From positions 1 through 64,000 of the forward strand of contig JANQNK010000004.1 in NCBI GenBank assembly GCA_028279595.1: a DNA stretch of 64,000 nucleotides, read 5' to 3'. The notes beneath the pieces were generated by a model, which was not told the origin of the DNA, ran no database searches, and saw only the letters and a program-made list of their open reading frames with translations. Source of the DNA: Thermoplasmatota archaeon (lineage in GTDB: Archaea > Thermoplasmatota > JAKEGO01). Below, in pieces: positions 31,601 through 40,600 of the stretch; position 1 is the stretch's first letter, and every line of letters begins with the position of its first letter. Both the position numbers and the translations under genes were made by a program.

Positions 31601-34600
31601 ATCCAGCATTCCTCGTGTTGAGGAGGTTGACCGTGTCGACGAGGTAGGTCCTGTCGAACTCGAGTTCGAGGTATGCGCCCGAATAGTAATTGGATGTCAA
31701 CCAGTAGTTTTGCTGCGTGGAGCCGTCCTCACCCAGCCCGTCGATCGCCTCCTCGGGGGCGAACTGTGAGCTGTAATAGTCGTTCGCCGTTATCGTGGCG
31801 CCCATCTCGGTCGTCGCGATGTTCCAGGGCGAGGACTGCACGCCGTATATCAACACGGCCTCCTCGATCCCCTGAGAATCGGTGATCGGCACGGATACCG
31901 TGACATCGTCATCGCCGGTCGGGTAGAAGGGATCGGGAACGGGGTCCCCTATCCATGCTGGTGTGTCAAGATAGGCTGTGTATGTGGGTGACATCGCAGT
32001 GTTCCCGGCGAGGTCGATGGCGGTGACGTAATAGGCGACCTCGGTGGCGTTGTACGGTACGTTCGCGTACCACACGCGGAGCGTCACGTCGTAGATGTCC
32101 AGATCCTCGTTCCACATGAAGGAGTTCCCTTCCGGATCCAGTCCGTTCAGGGTCCCGGCAACGATGGCGATGGTGTTCGTCCCGTCGAGTATCGTATCGA
32201 ACGGTACTTCGAAGACGTTGCTGGTCGAACCGACCTCGAGGGTGCCGAGGACATTGCCCGCGGTCCTGTTCGGCTCGTTGAACCATACACCATCGGTGTC
32301 GTGGTCGATACCGCCGGTCGATATCGTGAGGGTCGCCCTGACGATGTCCTCCGGATCGTCAACGTAGACATTGACGTATGCCACGTTGCTGGCGCGGCTA
32401 TCACCGATGTAATGGTCGCCGCTGTTGAGGTGGTCCTCGTACTCCTCGTCGTACGCCATGAAAGCGCCCCAGCTATCGTCCGTTTCGTAAACATCGGCAT
32501 GGAACCCGTATCCGGATATTCCGGTGTCAGAGGTGAACCTGATCAGCAGGACGTCATCATCGACCCAATCCGTCCATAGGTCCTCGTGCCGTCCAGTGAT
32601 GGTCTGGATCAGGTTCTCCGAGCCGTCGTAGATCCTGACCTTGTCCAGTCCCTGCTCGAGCTCGATCTTGGTGAAATGGACCCTTATCGCTCCGACGCCT
32701 GTCTCGGTTATTGTGTACCAGTCATCGACGTTCGAGTCGTAGGGATGTGTCGACTCCACGCCGTATACGTATTGATCGACCCCTGCGCCCGCCATGTCCT
32801 CCATGACCTTCTCACCCGTCCACACATCGTCACCATCGTAGGTGAAATGGAGAGAGACGCTCTGGACGCCCGTGTCGTCGCTCAGGCTGGCCGTGACATC
32901 GATCGGGTCCATTGTGTCGAGCAACGGGGTCGTCGGATATGTCAGGATGTCGTCGATGGCCGGTCCTTCTCCGTCGACGAAGTACGACTGCACGGTCGAG
33001 TTCTCCCATGTGTCGTTGATGGTGTCTTGGGTGACGATGTAGAAGTACGTGGTCGTCGTCATGCCGGCAGGTGGCAGGATCGCCTTGAAGATGAAGGCGT
33101 CGTCGTAGAGTGCCTTGAAATGAGCACCGAGGTCCTCCTGCTGGACTGCCGAATAGTCGTCCCAGTCATAACCCAGATAGCCGTCATCATCGTGGTCTCC
33201 ATCGACGATTATCCCGCCGCCGTGATAGATGAAATGGGACGTTGTCGAGTGCGAGACGAAGGATTTTATGCCCGCGTAGGTCACCCTCCTCAGGACCTCC
33301 TCGAACGTATAGTGGTCGGTAACGACCATGTGGCCGGAGGCTGCCCCGTCGATCACCGAGTCCACATAGTTGTTGTAGCGGTAACCGTCGAAGAACAGTA
33401 TCTCGTTGTCGTAGAAGTCATCGTCGGGCAGATAATTGTTGTAGGAGGCGTACCCACTGTTGTCCGTGTCGTAGGTCCCGGCATAGCCGGCGACCGGCTT
33501 GAGCCCGTAGGTGTACTGCCAGTAGTAGCCCTTGCTCCAGCCGGCGGTCGTCGGGGTCTCCGTGGCAGCCTCGATCACCTCTGCCTGGGTCCAGTTGCCG
33601 TCGCCCATCGTCCCGTTGCTGTCGAAGCTGTACATGATCGAATAGAGAGTGTTGTTGGTCTCGTTCCAGAACCCGAAGCTGACCTGGACCTCCTCCGATG
33701 CGTTGACGTACTCGTCGAGCACCCTGACGTTATAGAATCCCTCGGGTGCCTCGATCACGGGATCCATCGGGAGGTCGTCCCCGGTCCGGGAATTGAAGTA
33801 TACCGAGTAGAACCGGGATGCGGTGTCGTTGGTCGTACCGTTCATCGTCCATGTGATCTGGACAAGGGCGTTGTTCTCCGCATCGTAGGCACGGTCTAGG
33901 TAGTGCCCGAACTGGGTCGCATATCGGAACATATTCCGGGCCTTCCAGGTGCCCTGGGTGTTGTACGGATATCCTACCTCCTGCGCCTCGAGGATGAGGG
34001 TTCCGTCGCCTATGAACCTCTCCAGGGTAACGCCGAATTCGTCCGTGTCGGCCGAATCGACGTAGATCGGGTCGAAATCGTCCGACTCCCAGTTGGTCCA
34101 GTATCCGTTCGTCTCAGAGTAGCTCCATCCGTTGTAGCTCTGTCCGCCGCTGATGTCCGCGAGCGGGTGGTCATCGTCCACCAGAACGACGTTGTCGTTC
34201 CTCCATCCGGAGACGTGGTGGACCCCGAAGACGTCCATGGAGATGGTCGGGCACATGAAGATGAAGACACCACCTTCAGTGACGTAGTCGACTATCGTGT
34301 CCTGAGTATCCTGGTTCCCGATGTCGAACTCCGATGTGGCCTGGATGCCATCCATGATGACGATGTCGTAATCGTCCAGGTCCTCGATGATCGTGGAGGC
34401 CTCGGCATCGTTGTACTGGACGCGTTTTACCGATTGATAGTATCCTGTCGTCCTTGCAGCAAGGTTGTAATCCGTCCTGCTTCCGACCAGGTAGAGGAAT
34501 TTGGGCTTCGGTGAATAGGTGTTGTGGAAGAGGTCGCTCGCAAGAGGTACCCCTGCCTTGACCTCCGACTCCACCACCCATTTGATGGTGTTGTCGGCCG

Positions 34601-37600
34601 AGTATTCTACAACGATTATCGAATCCTCGTCCAAGGCCCGGTCGAATATACCCATGTCGGCGAAGACCTCGGTGAAGTTGACCATCAGCCGGACCTCTGC
34701 GTCCGTCCGGTTCTCCCCGGATGTGTTGATCTTCAATGGCATCCTGTAGCGCAGATTGGTGCTGTACCACGGGCTCTCGCCCTCCATCTCGCTGAGGTCC
34801 GACGAGAATGCCTGGACCAGCAGTGTGCCGTTCTCGATGGCCTTGCCGATGTTCGTCACGTTCACCATTATCTCGACGCCGTCGGCAACATAGTACACGG
34901 TGTCGTTCGCCGCCACGGTCATATGGGCCTCCAGTCCGTCGATCACGAGCGTTGCCGTAATCTGGATGAGGTCCCCGGTCTCGGTGTCCTTGGCGTTGAT
35001 GAGGGTGAAGTACTCGCCCGAAAGGGCCTGGTCGAAGATGTCGTATCCGAAGGTGATGTTCTCGTCGGCCATTATCGAACCGTTCTCCTCCATCCTCGTG
35101 AACCTCTGGTAGTGCGGATCGAAGATGTCGAGACTGAAGGTGTAGTTGGTATCGACACCGCCGTCGTTCCTCAACATGACGTCCAGGGTATCCTCGATGC
35201 TGAAGGAGAGGTTTGCCAGGTGGAGTTCGAGCTGCGAGGACGGTATCGTGAACTGGAACTCGTGATAGGCCGTTTCGTTCTGGGTGACGGTTACGTTGAT
35301 GAGGTGGGCGCCAGCCATGAGATATGTCGGAAGGGCGAAGACGGCCGACTGAGTGCTTCCATCTCCCGAGTCCAACAGCACGTTGTAGGCATCGCTGTCT
35401 CCGGTCTCGGGGATCGATATGACGATGTCAAGGTTCTGCTGCCATACTCCGGAATCGGTGATATTGAGGGTGTATCCAAGGTCCTCGCGGATGCGGTAGG
35501 AGGGCTTGTCCAGGTCGACGGTCAGGGCGTACCTGTTGGGGAGATCCACCCGTCCGGTCAGGGAACGGACGTCCCACAGCACCTCGTAGGCGAGGTAGTA
35601 CGTCCCGAAAACAGGCTCCGGCACGGTGATGTTGATCTCCTTCGATATCTCTCCATAGGCTGGTATTCCGAAGGAGCTGTTGACCATGGCGAGCTCGACG
35701 TCGTATGGATCGAACAGCTTGACGGAGAGCTTCGCGCCGGTCGCCGGGAGGGGACTATCGTTAGAGATGTAGACAGTGAACGTGTTGTTGGTGTTCGGAA
35801 CGATCGGATCCGGCAGGTCGACCTTCCGGACGAGGAGCTTCGGTCCGACCTCGATGAACTTGCGGTCCAGGGTCTGTTGACGAGATCCGCTGAACAGTCG
35901 TGCGCGGACCATGTACTGGCCGAACTGCATCGGGGCCGTCATGTCGTAATACTTGATCTCAGTCGAGTGGGCGGGCACTGTGATGTATGTAGTCGCCGAG
36001 CTGTAGGTCGTCTGCTGCAATCCGTCAAGGATGTCGAGGTATATCGTGTAGCTGAGTTCGTTGGCGTTCGGATTGTAAACGGACATGCTTACATTGATGG
36101 TCTCGTTCGGAGCGTAGTCGTCAAGGTTCGTGATGATATTGATTATGCTGGCTTGGCCTTTCAGTACGCCGTACCGGCGCTCTATGAAGGCGATCTGGTC
36201 CCCTGACCAATCGGATCCGGTGTACAGATAGGAGACCGTTCTGAAATCCCACTGCGAGGTCGCAAAGCGTTCCGTGTACTCGCCATAGGAGTTCGGGGCG
36301 ATGTTGACGTTCACCTTGTGGTACCAACCGTTTGCAGCGCCGCCGTAACCCCACCATAGGACGTGGCCCCTGCCCCACACACCGAACTTGACGCTGCCAT
36401 TGAACCAGGTGTCCTCGTGGTTGTTGATGAAGAACGTGACGAACCCAGGTTCGCCTCCGTCATCGTCGGGGCTTCCGTACGAACCTGTGACGTAGTAGTA
36501 GTTCTTGTCGAAGACCACCCAGAAGTCCACACCTTCCGGTATCACCTTCTTCAATGATTCGTTGAAGTCGCTTAGAGCAAAGGCATCGACGTCGTTCACG
36601 ACCGTGATGTTGTGGAACCCGTTATCGGCTCCGATGTAGTCGACCCGGTAGACACCGTGATCGTCGTATCCGGCGAGGTCGTTGAAACTCCCACCGACAG
36701 CTTTCACGCAATCTACGACCGTGCCGTTCGGTCCGATGATTATGGCGTACTCCGCTTCCATACCGGTCGAGTTCATCTCGAGCGGTATCGGGGTCTCGGG
36801 CTCGATCGTCTCTACGCTCGATGGTTCCGGCACCATGAGATAGGAGAGCATCGCGTCGAGGATCTCGATCTCGTCCGAGGTCCCGGACCCGAAGACCATC
36901 GCGAAGTCAGGATACATCGTCGTGGCCATGATGTACCCGTTCCCGTATGGATACATGACCATGGCCGGCATCTTGTTCGCGGCCCTGGTCAGCAGAACGG
37001 TGGCGTTCGTCGGCCAATCCATGAAGAAGCCGTCGATGTTCAGATCGAGGTAGACCTCGCCCTTGGAGTTCGGGGCCTTGACCTGGGACATCGGAGAGAA
37101 GACCGGATTGTAGTTCTCGATGTAGACGGAGCCGAGGAGACAGTTCTGGTCCTCCTGGTAGCCGTACCCGTCGAGTCCGCCGGGGAGTCCGGCCCACTCG
37201 TATCCGTACTGCTGGGTCATCGCAAGGATGTTCCCGCCGTTCTCGAGGAAGAGTTCGAGCTTCAATCTGACGATGTCCGATCCGCCGGAGGGATCGGTGA
37301 GGTCGTAAAGACCGCCCGAGGGGACGACAAGGACCTTCAGTTCGTTGAGCTCATTGATTGTTATGGTTCCGAGGTCCACGAATCGAGCATCGCGTCCCGT
37401 GCTGTTTATCAGCGTCATCATCTCGTTCGGGAATCCCTTGTCAACGATGCCGATCTCGGATTCCGGGGCATCCGTTGAGGTCACGTTGACCACATTGCTC
37501 CCGAGGACGAATACGTCGTCCGGATTGTAGGGCGGACAGTCCTTGGGGTCCTTGCATGGATCACAATTCGGCTGGTATGGGTCCTCGCAACACCATCGCT

Positions 37601-40600
37601 CCTTGTAATCCTGGATATGGCTACATTTATCACGTCGGCATTTCTTGTCGTCTGGGTTGATACAACATTTCTTGTTGTCACCTTCCAGCTCGTCGCAGCA
37701 CTGGCCGGTCTCGGGGTTCGGATCCTTGCACTCATCGCACTTGATCTTCATCCTGACCGTGTGTTTGGGGCGTTTACTGTCGTCGGTGGTCCTCTGGAAG
37801 ATGCAGCCGTACTTGTCGACCACCTTCATCTCGTAGTTCTTGGTCTCGCCGGCCGGTATCGTGACACGGTGCGTCCCCTTCCAGACGTCTGTATCCACGT
37901 ATTCGGCGGGATCGAGCTTTTCGATGATGGCGGTGAAGACCACGCCGCCATCCTCCTTAAGGGACACCTCTATCCCTTTACTTGGAACGGTACCGAGATT
38001 GTAGACCTCCATGTTTATGTCGTAGACACACGGTTCGTTGTTCTCACCGCCCGAGACCTTGACGGCCCGTATCTTCGCCCTGGGTTTGACCTCGCATTTT
38101 CGACCTTTGTCGGCAATGTAATCAATGAGCTTCCCGACCTGGGGACATATCAACTTGTTGCCGAGCCACCGGGCAGCGTAGAACGTGATCCTGTAGATCA
38201 GTGGAGCCGTCGCCGCGCCGATCCCAACCGTTAGTCCGGTGACGCCGGTGACCATGATGTTCCCGAGGGTAGCGTCGGCGATCAACCCTATGATCTCACC
38301 GCAGGCCCAGTCGAAGACTATCGTTAGGAACAGGCGTATACAACACCAGATGTACGTGGCGACGTTGAGCGCGGTCGCTGCCGATCCGAGGACACATTCG
38401 ACGAAACGCCAAACTTGGATTATGGCTTTCGCTATCTTTGGTATCAGGTCCAGCGGGATACCGAGTACGTCTCCGATCGGGCCCAGGATCTCAGCTGCGA
38501 AATCGAGAGCGCCCTCGATGGTATTACGGAACCATTCGAGACCTTCCCTCTCGCCTCTCCAGAGCTTTCGGAAGTTGTTCAGGACCTCCTGGACCTTTGC
38601 CTTTGCCTTGTAATACAGGTTCTTGATGATCGATACTGCCTTGATGCCCAGTTGCTTGGCGATGGGCTTTATCACCTTCCATTGCTCAACGATCCAATCC
38701 TTGATGTCGCCCGCAAGGGCCCAAAGGTCCTTGATCACCTTGATGAACCAGATGGCGTGCTGGTATTGGGTCGACAGAACGATGTTGGCGACGGCGCCGG
38801 TCTCAGGATCGACTATCCTGAAGGCGTAATAGAGCACACCGTCGACGATTATGCCGGCAGCGATGATGTCGACCTCGTATCCAAGGTCGATCGCATCCAT
38901 TATCCTCTCTAGGACCTGAGAGGGAAGCGTGACGTTCGCCAGTACTTCTTCGTAGTTGTCGGGCGTGATGTGAATTACCGCAATCCCAACCTGCGAGGCT
39001 ATCCCGAGCAGGTCCTCGTAACTCACGGCCCGGGTCTCGTTGAAGATGATGGCACCGACCATCGACTCGATGTAGGACGAGTATTCGCCCGAGTTCAGGG
39101 TGAACAGATAGTCGGCCGTGACCGGGTCCCGCTGCTCCGGGCGGAAGCTCGCCTGGACGGGATCCCTGAGCAGGTCCAGCGAGTACAACGGTGCGAAGAC
39201 AAGAGGTGCCCCGAATCCGAAATAACCGCCGCTGTTGGCGATGACCGCCGATGGGCCTGGGCGCCACCACCATCCGAGGAGGTCCGCAGCCTCGGTGTCG
39301 TAGCTCTCAGCGACCCAGACGTGGAGCATCGTTGCGGCCATCTCGAGATAGGCGTCTGTGGCGTCAGAGAGGGAGGCGTTCTCGACATCCCCGTGGTTCT
39401 CGAGTCGGAAGTTGAGGGTCCTACCGTTCATCTTTCCAACGTCGAAGCTGACCACGGAATCCGCACCGGCCACCGATACGGAGTTGGTGGTGTCCTCGCC
39501 CCAGGGCGCAGTGAATGTGATTGTGAGGTCGAGCGTATCACCGCCGTGGAGCACCATCGACGAGGTATCGATGGTCCTGGCGTTCATTTCGAGTGCCGGG
39601 GTGTAGCCTATCAGGAAGGGGGGAGCATCCCTGCCCATCTCGTCGATCAGGTCCTGACCGGTAGAGGTCGGCTCATACCTGATGTGCATCGGGAATGTGG
39701 CCATTCGCCCGGCGAAGCCGGAATAGCCCACCACGGAGGTGCCGTTATCCTTCAAAGTGACCGTGATCGTATGGCGCAGCGCGGTCGGGACCTCGGCGTA
39801 GTTGTCCGCTCTGGCCGTTACCGTATAGTTGAGACCTGTCGGGAACGCTGTCCTGTTGGAGACATCGGGCTCCTCGTAGGCGCTGAAGTTGGCGGCCCCC
39901 GAAACATAGGTAGTGCCGTCACTGACGAAGGTTCCGTTGATGGCCTCGAGGTCCTCGAAGTTCCATGACGGGTCCATCTCGACCCACTCCCCGTCCACCC
40001 AGGCCGCAACCCAGTGGTGCTCGAATATGATATCCGAGCCCATCATGTCGGCGGGTATCCCGCAGGACCGGAGGATAGCGGTCGCATTCTCCTGGGTATC
40101 GGTCCGCAGCCAATCTGCGACGTCGGCCCAGGGCGCTCGAACAGTACCGAAGACATACCGGCTGGCCACGTCCCTCTCGCGGAGCATGGCGATCAGTAGT
40201 GACGCCTGGTCGACATCGTTGCCGGACCTCTGCATAAGGGTCTGGTCCGCTCCCTTGAGCGACCCGAGGTACGGCTCATAGGCCACACCCTCGAGGACCC
40301 ACCAGAAGAGCTTCTCGACATCCATCGAGTTGGCCTTCTGATACACGGACTCGGATGACCAAGCATCCTTGGTCTCGTTCAGGTCCGCAGCCGTAGTGCT
40401 GACCGGCAGCGCGCTCGTGTCCATCACCGGTTGGTCCCCTCCATCGAGCTCGATGGTGAAATGTGACAGGGGATCGAGGTCAACACCCGAATCGGGGTCG
40501 GCGACGGTCGCTTCGTACACGACGTCCAGGACGTCCTGTATCTCAGCCTGATAGTTGCGGATGGATCGGAGTACCGCAACTTCACTGATGTCCTCGGGCC

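Noticed and set aside
20900-34925. Inteins as the explanation for the insertions in the giant protein
   Set aside because: No intein C/S start with HN-C/S/T end, nor LAGLIDADG motifs, at the insert borders.
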